NCBI RefSeq assembly: GCF_009914755.1
Contig: NC_060934.1
DNA length: 64,000 nt
Strand: one strand, 5' to 3'
Source of the DNA: the human T2T-CHM13v2.0 reference genome, Homo sapiens
Shown here: in pieces, positions 12,497 to 24,690 of the stretch
Layout of the letters: each line of letters begins with the position of its first letter
How positions within the stretch are numbered: position 1 is the stretch's first letter
The notes under the pieces: model-generated
Databases searched by the model: none
Seen by the model: only the letters and a program-made list of their open reading frames with translations
What the model was told of the DNA's origin: nothing
Position numbers and translations under genes: made by a program

Positions 12497-13653
12497 TGAT
12501 CTTGATGAATGACCACCTTGGGGGTGGTCATCTTGTATAGTATCTCACTGGGGTTGTCTGTAATTCTTGGATTTGCATGCTAACCTCTCTAGTAAGATTA
12601 GGAAAATTTTCATAGACTAGATCCTCAAGTATATTTTCCAAGTTGTTTATTCTCTCTCCTTCTCTCTCAGGAATGCCATTGAGTCATAGATGTAGTCTAT
12701 TTACATGGTACCATATTTCTCAGAGATTTTGTTTACATTTTTTTCTTTATTTTTGTCTGACTGAGTTGATTTGAAGAACCAGTTGTTGAACTCAGAGATT
12801 CTTTCCTCAGCATAGTATATTCTACTGTTAATACTCTCAATTGTATTATGAGATTCTTGTAGTGAATTTGTTTAGCTCTAGAAGTTCAGTTTGGTTCTTT
12901 CTTAAAGTGGCTCCTTTAAGCTCTTGGATCATTTTACTGGATTCCTTAAATTCCTTGGATTGAATTTCAACTTTCTCAATGAGTTTCTTTGCCATCCAGA
13001 TTCTGAATTCTATGTCTGCCATTTTAGTAATTTCAGACTGGTTAAAAACCATTGCTGGGGAGCTAGTGGGCACATATGGTGGTAAGGGGACACTGGCTTT
13101 TTGAATTGCCAGAGTTCTTATGCTGGTTCTTTCTCCTCTGGGAGGATTAGTGTTCCTTTCACTGTGGTGTAATTTAAGTATACTCAGTTGGCTTCATAGA
13201 TGTTTCAAGAGGGCCAAGGCCCTGTGCAGAGTCTTTATTTGTGGCTGAATTCTTGCCGTTGGTTTCACAGGGGCATATATTAGCAAAGTATTTTTGGCAT
13301 TGTAGTGTGGGCTGAAATCCAGTACATGGCTCCTAAGAATAATGGCTGGTAAATAGGCTGAGTGCCACATGGCTGCATTGTATTTCCCCCTGTTTGCAGC
13401 CATGTTCTGCAGTAAGACTGAGAGAGAGGTGACTTCCTCACCAGATCCACTCCTGTGCTTTGAGGGAGACCCCTCAGATCACTGGCGCTGCACCCTTGTT
13501 TCTTTTATTAGGTGTTCTGGGCTGCAGGGCTCTCTTGGGCAGAGGTCATGGCAGGGAGATAGGCCACACCTTTTCCTGGCCAGCCTTGTGGAGGGAGGCA
13601 GCCCTGCAGCAGCCCACAAACCATGCAACTACCCCCGCTCAGTGCTCTGGGAG

Positions 13654-14003
13654 TGTATTAGTCCATTCTCACACTGCTATAAAGATACTTCCTGAGGCTG
13701 AAGGAGGTTTAATTGATACACAGTTCCACATGGCTGGAGAGGCCTCAGGAAACTTACAATCATGGCAGAAGGTGAAGGAGAGGCAAGTACCTTCTTCACA
13801 AGGTGGCAGGAAAAAGAACAAGAATGAAGAGGGAAGAGGCTCTTATAAAACCATCAGATCTTGTGAGAACTCACTACCATGAGAACAGCACAGGGAAAAC
13901 TGCCCCTGTGATCCAATCACTTCCCACTAGGTCCCTCCTTCGACACATGGAGATTATAATTCACAATGATATTTGGGTGGAAACACAGAGCCAAACCACA
14001 TCA
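13654..14003 (-). mobile_element. THE1D/MSTA-type MaLR solo LTR nested in the L1 5' UTR
   Basis: 'tgtattagtccattctcacactgctataaaga...ggcctcaggaaacttacaatcatggcagaagg...acacagagccaaaccacatca'; TSD GGGAG/GAGAG. Confidence 0.92.
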
Positions 14004-15666
14004 GAGAGTGTGAGCTTTGCTCCTGCTTGAGTGTCAGGCACCAATCTCAGGTTGGCACTCCTAAGCATTGTGTGCACTGCAGCCCCTGGGAGAGCTCAGG
14101 GTTTTTGTTCCCTCCCCAGCTTAGGGTCAGCAGGGGCACAGACCTAGGCAGTGGCAATGGCAGAGGACCTGTCACTTGTCTCTGTGAGCTCCACCCCAGA
14201 GAAACACAGAGCTCCTGTCAATTGGAATGATTAGCGAGGGGTGGAGTAGCTGCCCTGGCACTCTGTGCCACAGTTGGGAAGGGGGGCTTCCTAGAGAAGA
14301 GTGGGAGTGGGGCTCACTGGGAAGACAGTCACAGGGAAGACTGTCTGGCCTCCTCTCTGTAATGTGGCCATGGCATGCTGGACGTAGGAACAGAGCAATC
14401 AGATCTGTTCCTCCTCCCTAACCCTGGGGATGGTGGCAGTGTCAGAGGAGCTGTCAGTTGCCTCTGGGAGCACCACTCGAAAGAAATGCAGAGCCACTTC
14501 CAATCAGAATGTTCAACTTAGAGTCAGGTAGCTATGCCGAAGGCCCACGCCAGAGAGTATGGGGGCTTCTGGTGAAGAGCAGGGGGTTGGGGTCTCACAG
14601 GGAAGACAGCTTGTCCTCTTCTCCATAGCATGGCTGCTGTATGCTGTAGAAGCAGACAGACAAGCAATCAGGTTCTTTGCTTCCTCCCTAGCCTAGGGGA
14701 GCAAGGGTGGTTACTGCTGTGGTGGCAGTGGCAGAGAGCCTGCTGACAGTCTCCAGGAGCTCTACCCCAGAGAAATGCATGGCTGCCACTGATTGAACTG
14801 ATTAGGCAGGGGTAGGGCAGCTGTGCTGGGAGCCCAGGCCAGCAAGCCCTGTCCAGTGAATAGTAGCAGGGTCAGGGATCCACGTGGAAAACAGTCTTGC
14901 TACTTTTCCATATGGCAGCGGCAGCATGCTAGAGGCCCCTGACAGTTCTCAGGCTCTTCACTCCCTTCCCATCCTGAAGGCAGCAGGGGCAAGGATAATA
15001 GCAGAGGCAATTGTTGTGGGCCTGGGGATTACCTCTGGGAGTTCTGTGACCTGCCAGAGTGCTCAGGCAGAAGTGGGGTGGCTGCACTGGGGTCCCAGGC
15101 CAGTGGGCTTTGCTTGGTAACAAGCGGCAGTGACGGGGTCTGCAATCCATCTGCTCCTCAGCACAGTGGACACAGCCCCTATCCTGGGGGTTCATGAAAG
15201 AGCTTGGCTTCCCTCACTGGTGGGGCTACAGCAGCTGACAATGGGGTGTTCAAGGATCTAAGACCCATAGGGCTCCCCATGGGCCTGAGTGTGGCTCTTC
15301 CCAGATTCCAGGCAACTCGCTGTGTCAGTCTGCAGGCCCCGGGGGTTGGGGGCTATCCAGAGATTATCTCTTGTGTTCCCTAGGATTGCAAAGGTTTGTG
15401 GCAGAAGTATGAGTCCCAGGGGCTCTCACTCACTCACCTTTTCCTCATGGTAGAGAGCCTCCCCTGGCCTTGGGCCAATCCCGGGTGGGCTGTTGTCCTG
15501 CCTCAGTCCTCTCTGCTTTCCATGGATTGCTGTTGCTTCCTGGATGAATCCCAGTTTGCCTTCGTAGATAATCCACTTGAAGAGCTAGTGTTTACCCGGC
15601 ACCCTGTCTCTTCTCTGTCAGAGCATGGCACACTAGCTGCTGCTGGTCAGCCATCTTGGTGCTTCT

Positions 15667-15841
15667 TTCTATTGTTAGTTATTATTGTTAATCTCTTACT
15701 GTGCCTAATCTATAAATAAAACTTTATCATAGGTGTGTACGTATAGGACAAAACATGTTGTACATAGGAGTGAGTACTATTCAAATTTCAGGCTTCCACA
15801 GGAGTCTTGGTATATTCCTCATGGATAAAGGGGGACTATTG
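15667..15841 (+). mobile_element. MER44A, right part
   Basis: 'tattgttagttattattgttaatctcttactgtgcctaatctataaataaaactttatcatagg...ggataaagggggactattg' continues the consensus where 9356 stops. Confidence 0.88.
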
Positions 15842-15884
15842 CATATAGCAAATCACTTAAAAACAAATAAATAAATCCAATGAA

Positions 15885-16085
15885 GGAAAAAGTATGCTTA
15901 TTGAACAATAATCAGACAGCATTGTTTTATATTCATTATCTCATTTTATCTTTCCAGCAACCTTACGAGATAAGGCTTTTTTGATGAAATTGGGGCTGAA
16001 GAAAGTCAAATGTCTTGACCAAGTACTCAGTGAACTAATGACGATTAGTGCTTCTGATATCAAAGCCCCTGTACTTTGCATCCAT
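15885..16085 (-). mobile_element. MIR SINE
   Basis: 'tgatgaaattggggctgaagaaagtcaaatgtcttgaccaag'. Confidence 0.55.
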
Positions 16086-16258
16086 AAAACATAGCTAATT
16101 AACCAATAGACTCTTGTGCCAAGGCTGGAATGCTTTGAGAACTCCCTCTCCACATTGAGTATGCAACACAAACATAGAGCTGTCTCAGTAGTCACCAGTC
16201 AATTGATAGGAAGTGGCACACACTTTGAAATCCATTTCTAACTTTACCTCCAAGATAT

Positions 16259-16686
16259 TGCTATGGCTTGAATGTCCCCTCCAAAACTCTGTTGGAACTT
16301 AATCCCCTATGTGGCTATATTGAGAGGTGGGATCTTTAAGAGGTGATTGGGTCATGAAAGCTCTGTCTTCTTGAATGGATTAATCCACTCGTGGATTAAT
16401 TGATTAAATGGTTAATGGATTAATGAGTTATCACAGGAGTGGGACTGGTGGCTTTAAAAGAAGAGTAGTAGAGTCCTGAGCTAACAAGTTCAGACCCCTC
16501 ACCAACAGACACCCTGTGCTGCCTCTGGACTCTTCAGAGAGTCCCCACCAGCAAGAAGGCACTAACAAAATGCAGCTCCCTCAACGTAAAACCTCTCTTT
16601 CTTCATAACTGTAAGAAACAATTTTTTCAAATAAATTACCCAATTTCAGGTATTCTGTTATAAGCAACAACAGACTAAGAAATACA
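16259..16686 (+). mobile_element. MST-family (MSTB/C/D-type) MaLR solo LTR
   Basis: 'tgctatggcttgaatgtcccctccaaaactc...ggattaatccactcgtggattaat...ataaattacccaatttcaggtattctgttataagcaac'; TSD GATAT/GATAC. Confidence 0.9.
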
Positions 16687-17859
16687 GATACTAATATGCT
16701 GGCAGAGCCTTTTAGACACTTAGAGAAGGAGGCAGGCAGCCACATCACCCTGCTGCCTTGCTTGTCTTTGGCTGGTTAATACATCACATATGGTGGATCT
16801 CTGTGCCAGCCTCTCTAATAGGTCACCCAGGCCCAGGGCATACAGGTGATCACTTGGGCCAAGCTGCCTTCCCCAGAGGCAAACACCAACAAGCTCAAGG
16901 TCTTATCACCCTGGGGGATTGAGCCACCACTCTTTATAGAACTCATGTTTCATTTAACTAAGAAAACACATTTTAAAATCGATTTTCTCTCAAAATACAC
17001 TTGGGTTTTGTAGATGAATACAGAAAATAGTTTTCTAAAGTTAAATAATTCCTTGGAGAGAGTTTGCAGAGCAGCCTCTAAGTTAAACATACGTATGTAT
17101 ATAAGCCACATTTCTTTCTACATCACTCAATGAGGTCTCTTTATAATTTAAATTAGGTGAGATGAAGAAGGCAGAGGGCCTACACCACACTCAAAACTTT
17201 CCCTTTTTATTCTGACTCCCTTTCTTCCTAAAGATCCCTTCCCTCAGACGCTTCTGTGAATAATTGATGAAGATATTGAACCAGTTAAGTCCAATTTTAA
17301 AATTAAATTACAAGTAATATAGTCAAAAATTTTTTAACAGAAAAAAGTTCAAAATTACAAAAAACATGATTTGAATTATTTGTACCTAATCCCTTAGCTT
17401 CATTTTTTACAACACTCTTTGAATTTATTCTTTAATAGATTAAAAAATTGAAAAGAAAATGTATATTTCCTTTCAAAGAGAGAAATGTTCAAAGACACTA
17501 TGGAGAAAGGCAGAGAATGTAGAGACTATAAAAAGCCATTCTGTGTAATTACATTTGTAGAATAATATTTGTAGAAAACTAAGGTTTTCTACTTAAGATT
17601 AAGAAACAGTGATGTAGATCAAATCATTGTGCTAGAAGAATAAATTATATTGCTACATGATTTCTACTCAAAATATTTTTCTAAATACAATTATAGAAAA
17701 TACGAACAAATAATTTAGAAAATAAGTACATCCCAGTCTCACAGCACTTAGATGAGATTTTTGTAACACTATAGCTAATATTTTTATTATTTCCATCCAG
17801 TAATTTTTCTATATATAGGCACATTTAAATACATTTAATTTTATAAGTTTAGAATTTTA

Positions 17860-18290
17860 TGTAAGTTTGTATATGTTTCTGTGAGCATCTGTGTATATAT
17901 ATGTGTAAAGATGTGTATATTTGAGTATATGTGCATATACATTCAGACAGGTGTGCACATCTGTGCATGTATGTGTGTCATATGCACATGTGTGCATGTG
18001 TATATATGTATGTTTTATATGCACATGTGTATAATCATTTATATATTTGTACATGACATATGTTAGCTCAGAACTCTTCTCCTCTTCTTATAAAGCCATG
18101 TACATAGGGCATGTACAAATAGAGAAGATTTTATGTGTTTATCAGTATGTGTGCATGAGTCTTTATATATTCAAATATAGGTATGTGTACACTTGTGTCT
18201 GGATATGTGTATATGTGCATTCATGTTTGTGTTTGTATGCCTGCATATGTGTGTGTACTTTTACTAAAAACATATGTGGTACTGTAATTG
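17860..18290. repeat. Degenerate (TG/TA/CA)n low-complexity tract
   Basis: Long imperfect purine-pyrimidine alternation. Confidence 0.8.
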
Positions 18291-19268
18291 TCATTTAACT
18301 CTAAAGAATTTTTAATATTGGTTTTTTATTCTTTGTTCTTTTTGATCTCATATATTTCTAGTCTTATGTTCCATAATTTAAAAGATCAAATAGTTTTACA
18401 AAGTTTGTTATAGAAACCTCACCATATTTCTCATTCCTTTTAAGTAACTAATTTAAAGTCAGTGAACCACATCTTCTGTTATTTGACTTAATGTATCTAA
18501 AGAATATACTTAGATTGTTAAAAACCTCTAGTCTTAAAAATTATATATTGATTTCTCCAAATATAATATGGATTCTTAGCTGTTTTTTACTGATTCTTTG
18601 CAACACCACTCCAACCCATCCTAACACCCCCACACTTTTCCCAATATACTTTAATTTTGGCTAGATAGGTAGTCATGCCTACTTCAGTATGTCCATAAAT
18701 ATTAGCCACCATTGATTATATTGTTGCCTGAACAACATACTATTTTCTTATAGCTTATTTTCTGTGAGCTCATCATTACTTCACAACCAAACTTTTTCAG
18801 CGGTGAAATTCTCATTACAAGAAGTTGAGACACATTAGGTATGCTGCCACTGTTACCTGCTTGATGAGACCCTTACAGCTTTTCTTAGATGCCTCAGGCT
18901 GGACAGAAGGGATTCCTGGCCTGCTGGGTACCTGTCCTTTTAGAATCTTACCATCATCCTGAGGATTCCATTTGCTTCTGTTGCATTGGATCCTCTATTT
19001 CTTGGATTCCTTATTGTTCTCCTTGATTTACTCCATCGATTTGGCAGGACATATCCTGTAGTGGTTTCCCGAGAAAGAGCGTGTTATAGGTAAAGTTTTA
19101 AAATATTCAGTTTTGATAATTTCTTAATTAACTCCCACAATTAATTTGATTGGGAATAGATTCTCAGTTAGAAATAATTAATTTTGAAGAAATTTCTACA
19201 TGTTTTCTAGTTTCCAAGGGTGTGATTAAGGTATATAATGACTATTGAACCTCTGATTCTTGATTCTT

Positions 19269-19444
19269 TCTCTCTCTGTGTGTGTGTGTGCATTATACAT
19301 ATACATATATATATAGTATATATATATACTATATATATAGTATATATATATACTATATATATAGTATATATATATACTATATATATAGTATATATATATA
19401 CTATATATATATATATATACTATATAGTATATATATATATATAT
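19269..19444. repeat. (CT)n(GT)n plus a self-complementary AT-rich 24-bp tandem repeat
   Basis: Unit ATATATATAGTATATATATATACT, about four copies. Confidence 0.92.
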
Positions 19445-20005
19445 TCTGTCCCCATAATCACATAAGATATTTTCATGTAGGTCTCTTTTCACTCAATGTA
19501 TTAGGTGACTACAGCCTGTTCACTTTTTAAACACTTCTTTTTAATTTCTGGGAAAATATTTTCCATTATTTGATCAATAATTTCCTTTCCTCCCTTTTCT
19601 CTCTTCTCTCAGAAACTCATTTCTAGGGTTAAATATTAGGTTACTGGACCTCCTAGATGGGTTCTGTAATTTATCTTTTCTCTCCCATTGTCATCTCATT
19701 TTCTATGTGTTGACTTGCAGGATATAGGATTCTAGTTTGACTTTTTTTTTCTTTAAAAAAAAATGGGCTTTAAATATGTTATTCCATTGTCTTATAGTCT
19801 CCGTTGCTGTTTTCTGATGAGAAGTCAGCCATTCTTACTATTGTTTTCTCTATTTAATATGTTTTGTTTTCCCTGGCTACTTTCAAGGCTTTCTCTTTAT
19901 TTTCGGTTTTCGCATAAGACCCAGAGTACTGGTTCTCTATCTCTTCCCCACATTTAGGCAGATAAATAGATTTCTCTCTGATGTCTTCCCTCCAGCAAAG
20001 GTCTA

Positions 20006-20476
20006 TGTATTGCTTAGCTATTGCTGCACAACACTCTCCAAAACTTAATGGCTTAAAACATCAAAGATTCATTTTCTGAGAATTTCTCTGAGTCAGAAGT
20101 CTGGGAGCCACCTAGCTAGACAGTCTGGCTTTAGAGTCTCTCACAGGACTGCAATCAAGATATGGCTGAGTTGGGAGACATCTCGGGATATGACTGAGGA
20201 AAGAGACTTCTAATCTCTCAAAAGAACTTCCAAGTTCATTTACATGGGTCTCTCTACAGTGCAGTCTCATTAGCAACCTGGAGAGAGTGAGAGAGAGCGA
20301 TGGCAAAGAAGAAAGACTTTCATATTAACATCAGAAGTAATGTCACTTTTGCCACCTTCCATTCATTACAATCTAGTTAATATGCCCGGCCCAAACTCAA
20401 GGGGAGAAGATCACTCAAAGGCATGAATATCATGAAGCAGGGATCACTAAGAACATCTTAGAAGCTGCCTATGACA
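20006..20476 (-). mobile_element. MLT1 (MLT1F-like) MaLR solo LTR
   Basis: 'tgtattgcttagctattgctgcacaac...ccaaaacttaatggcttaaaaca...catcttagaagctgcctatgaca'. Confidence 0.8.
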
Positions 20477-21173
20477 GACTGTATCTGTCTCCTAAACTAT
20501 ATAAGTGCCAGAGCTCAAGTGGGTTTATCTAGTTCTCCTCTGACCTCAGACAATAGCAGACCCAGCATACCTGTATCTCAGATAGGGGTCCCTACCTTTA
20601 CTCTTTCAAGAGAGCACTTAATAAGGTCCTTGGAAAAGAGATAATAGGTAGTTATAGGTTCCTTTGTGTCTGGGGCCCTCCAAGATACCAATCAGTCCAG
20701 ACCACAGTAAGCCTTTAAATTTTTATTAAAAATTCAATTACAGCCACATTCACTTGTGTCTGTGGTGACTTCCACCTTCTCATGTTACTCTGCCAAAGAT
20801 GAAAGCAGAATCCCAACCTGGCAAGAAAAGGCTGGTAATTTCTGGATTTTTTTTCATTAGGTTACCTTGTGATCTCAGCTTTCTCATGGACATAAAATAA
20901 TTGTCATTTTGTCTATCATCTGGTTAGTTATAATTACTAAAGTAAGGGAGACATTCTACTATGGCTTTCCACATATTACGTGGAAGGAGTGTGTTTTCCA
21001 ATTTCCTCCTCCATCCCCATGTCTTCTTTCTACTTATCTTTGTCCTGTGGCTTTATTTCTCAAATGATAAAATTAAAACTCAACTTATTGTTATTTTGGT
21101 GAGGTTCTTTGAGAAAATGATGCCAAACATGTCATTCAGCTCTTCATCTCGTATATATATTTGTGAAAAATAA

Positions 21174-21549
<376 letters not shown>

Positions 21550-21559
21550 CTGAGTACAA

Positions 21560-22314
21560 TAATTTTATAATTCTAAATCTTGTTGACTTTATGCAATAAA
21601 TGCAGCTATATATAATATTTTGCAGCCATATATAAACATAATTTTTAAAAATTGTGAGACTTCCTTTGTGACCTAAAATATGCTGAATTTTAGTGAATTT
21701 CTGAAATGTTTGGAAAAAATTTATTCTCTATGTCCTAGCTGTAAAATACTATTTTATCTATTAGATAAATCTTAACAACATTATTCAAGTCCTCAATATT
21801 CTGCCTTATTTTTATCTATATAACCTGCTAATTTTGAGAGAAGTGTGTTAAAAAACTTACTCTGATTATTGACTTGTAAGCTTACTTTTACATTTCTAAC
21901 AGATTCTGTAGTACGTATTTTATCATTATGATATTATGGTTATAAGGTAGCCTTGATAGATTGTATATTTTGTCACCATAAAATGTCTCTCTTCGTTCTT
22001 TTATCTACCTGTAGTTAGTTTTGGAAATATCTCTATTTGTTCTTTTTCTGTTTTTAGTTAGCTTTGTATTTATACATCTTGTTCAATTTCTAAAGTCTTT
22101 AAAACAGCTTTATTTTCTTGAGAATATCCATTTGATGAAGAGAATGTCCTTTCCCCTTTGAATTGTGTTAGCGAATGTTTTTTAAAAAATCAGTTGACCA
22201 TAAATGTTAGGGCTTAGTTTTGAACTTTTAATACTGTTCCATTGATTGTATGTCTGTTCTTATGCCATGCCACAGTGTCTTTATTACTCTAGCTTTATAG
22301 GACATTTTGAAAGC
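21560..22314 (-). mobile_element. Old L1M ORF2 fragments (continue after Ricksha)
   Basis: 'tactgttccattgattgtatgtctgttcttatgccatgccacagtgtctttattactctagctttatag' is ORF2 3' antisense. Confidence 0.75.
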
Positions 22315-22504
22315 TGGTGCAGATCATAATCTCATAAGATACAATCCCAAACACCATGATCTCAAATACTGAAATCTCAGAAGATCACAATCTCTAAAAA
22401 TCAAACTCCTTAAAGTCTAAAAATTCCTAACATCTAAAATCCCAAAAATGGTAATTCTGAAAGATTAAAATCCCAAATGTTGAAATTCTTAAAGCCAAAT
22501 TCTG

Positions 22505-23202
22505 GGGAAGGTTTTGGTACATTCTTAGTTGTGCACAGTATAGTTGCATCATGTTAAGTGGAACTATCACCTTGTTATTGTATTTACTTGGAAATTAAGT
22601 ATAACTTAAGAAGATGTGAATGGGTGACAGGTTGACAAAGGATAGATTTATCGACTTAATTTTAGGTGTCGACTGGATTAAGGGATACCTAGAAACCCAG
22701 TAAAGCATTATTTAAGGTGTGTCTGTGATGGTGTTTTCAGAGAAGACTAGTGTATAAGTCTGAGAGGACTAGGTGGGGAAGATCTGCCCTCAGTGTTGGC
22801 AGGCTCCATCTAATGGACAGGGTCCTGAAGAGAACAAATACATAAGCCAATTTGATCTCTTTCTGAGAGCTGGGACAGACTTTTCTTCTGCTGCCTTGGG
22901 CATCATAACTCTAGGCTTGCTGGCCTTTGGATTCCAGGACTTCCACCCCAGCTACCTCCCAGGTCCTGAGGATTTGGTGTGCAAACTTAGAGCTACATCA
23001 TCAGCTTTCCTGGTTCTGAGGCCTTCAGACTTGGACTGAGCCACTCAACTGGCATCTCAAGGTCTCCAGCTTGCTGACAGCCTGCTGTGGGACATCTCAG
23101 CCTCCATAACTGTGTAAGCCAATTCCCCTAATAAACCTCCTCTGATATATCTATCTACATGTCCTATTGGCTCTGTATCTCTGAAGAACCCTGACTAACA
23201 CA
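22505..23202 (+). mobile_element. ERVL internal 3' end plus MLT2B LTR (22648-23202) carried inside Ricksha
   Basis: 'gaatgggtgacaggttgacaaaggatagat' (PPT region) then 'ttaattttaggtgtc...gactggattaagggatacc...gaagaaccctgactaacaca'. Confidence 0.85.
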
Positions 23203-23205
23203 GGT

Positions 23206-23628
23206 TTGGTACTGGGGAAGCTGAATATCATTTCCTCTTACTGTATTCCTTACAACACAGTGGACGAGATCTGTGAAATTGTTCCCTCACAAAATGGCTT
23301 TGATAAGTTAAGGGTACAAGGCTACTTAATGGTGAAAGATAAAAGTTTAAAAGCTAATTATTATTGGTTCTACAAAAGCAGAAAATTGCTTACTTGCAAT
23401 GGTCCAGCAATAATCAAACTTTTAAAAGAGTGGCATATGCTTACACAATTTGTACATCACAATGACTCCCCAAATACAAATGCAATGAGTGTTTCAAAGA
23501 TCATAGAAGTAAAAACACGTGCAAAAAATACAAGAAATTTTCCCTGCCAAATTGTTCAATCATGTACGACATCTGCCCCTTCACCCATAGCACCAATTTG
23601 CTATGCTATGCATTTTATCTTCACATAA
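23206..23628 (+). pseudogene. MULE transposase N-terminal remnant with a degenerate FLYWCH zinc finger
   Basis: ORF peptide SQNGFDKLRVQGYLMVKDKSLKANYYWFYKSRKLLTCNG...FVHHND fits FLYWCH spacing (L..GY...YWxC..C...HxH) with ligands lost; lies inside the Ricksha TIRs. Confidence 0.75.
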
Positions 23629-23932
23629 TTTTCAATACTGAAGATATAAAGTGCAGAAAGACTTTTAGAGCACTCTAATTCATTTTGTGCACTTTTTGCA
23701 AATTTGACTCAACGAAAGTGCATTACCACAACATGGACACTGTGTGTAAGCATTGTGTATGCATGTAAAAATGTGGACACTTCCTCACTAAATAAAAGGA
23801 TGTCCTTTTTATACATCTGCATAACATTTGTTAATGATAAAATTTCTTGAGATTTCAGCTCTTTGGGTGACTGCATACATAGTGGTGACCCATTGTGTTT
23901 TTGATCCATCTCATCAAAAGACATAGGTTGTC

Positions 23933-24331
<399 letters not shown>

Positions 24332-24690
24332 TCATTTATACATTTTGCTTTTTGACCTGTTTCTTCATGAGTACAGTTTATTTGCCCATAACGGTTATAT
24401 CCATGTAATTGTAATTAGTATAACTGAGTGGTTATGTTTATAAAATATGTAATTACTGCCTATTTTATCATGTAAAGTGACCTATGAAGTGTTCTATGAT
24501 TTTTTTATGTTTCTCAAATAAATACCCCTTTAAAAATGTAAGTAAATATCTTTAAAACATTTTTAGAATTATATTTTCAGGATTTTGATCTTCCAGGATT
24601 ATGGTTTTCAGAATTTTAAACTCTAGAGATTTTGATCTTTTGGAATTATGGCATTAGGGATTGTGTCTTTTGGGATTATGGGCCAAACCC

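Larger units (their letters stand above)
18300..20990 (-). mobile_element. Ancient L1M (L1MC/ME-like) ORF1/5' fragments, interrupted
   Basis: T-rich; ORF1 antisense motifs 'tttctgatgagaagtcagccattc' and 'actggacctcctagatgggttc'. Confidence 0.55.

Noticed and set aside
13194-15719. Cluster of 60-140 aa ORFs in GC-richer sequence, suggesting a gene or CpG-island promoter
   Set aside because: Entirely L1 5' UTR plus a THE1-type LTR; CpG-depleted, with no protein motif.
19226-19530. Tyr/Ile-repeat ORFs on both strands
   Set aside because: Artefact of the palindromic TA-rich tandem repeat.
22320-22500. Regularly spaced short repeats resembling a CRISPR or iteron array
   Set aside because: The period is ~14-15 bp with no unique spacers, and it is mirrored at 24560-24690: these are Ricksha subterminal repeats in eukaryotic DNA.
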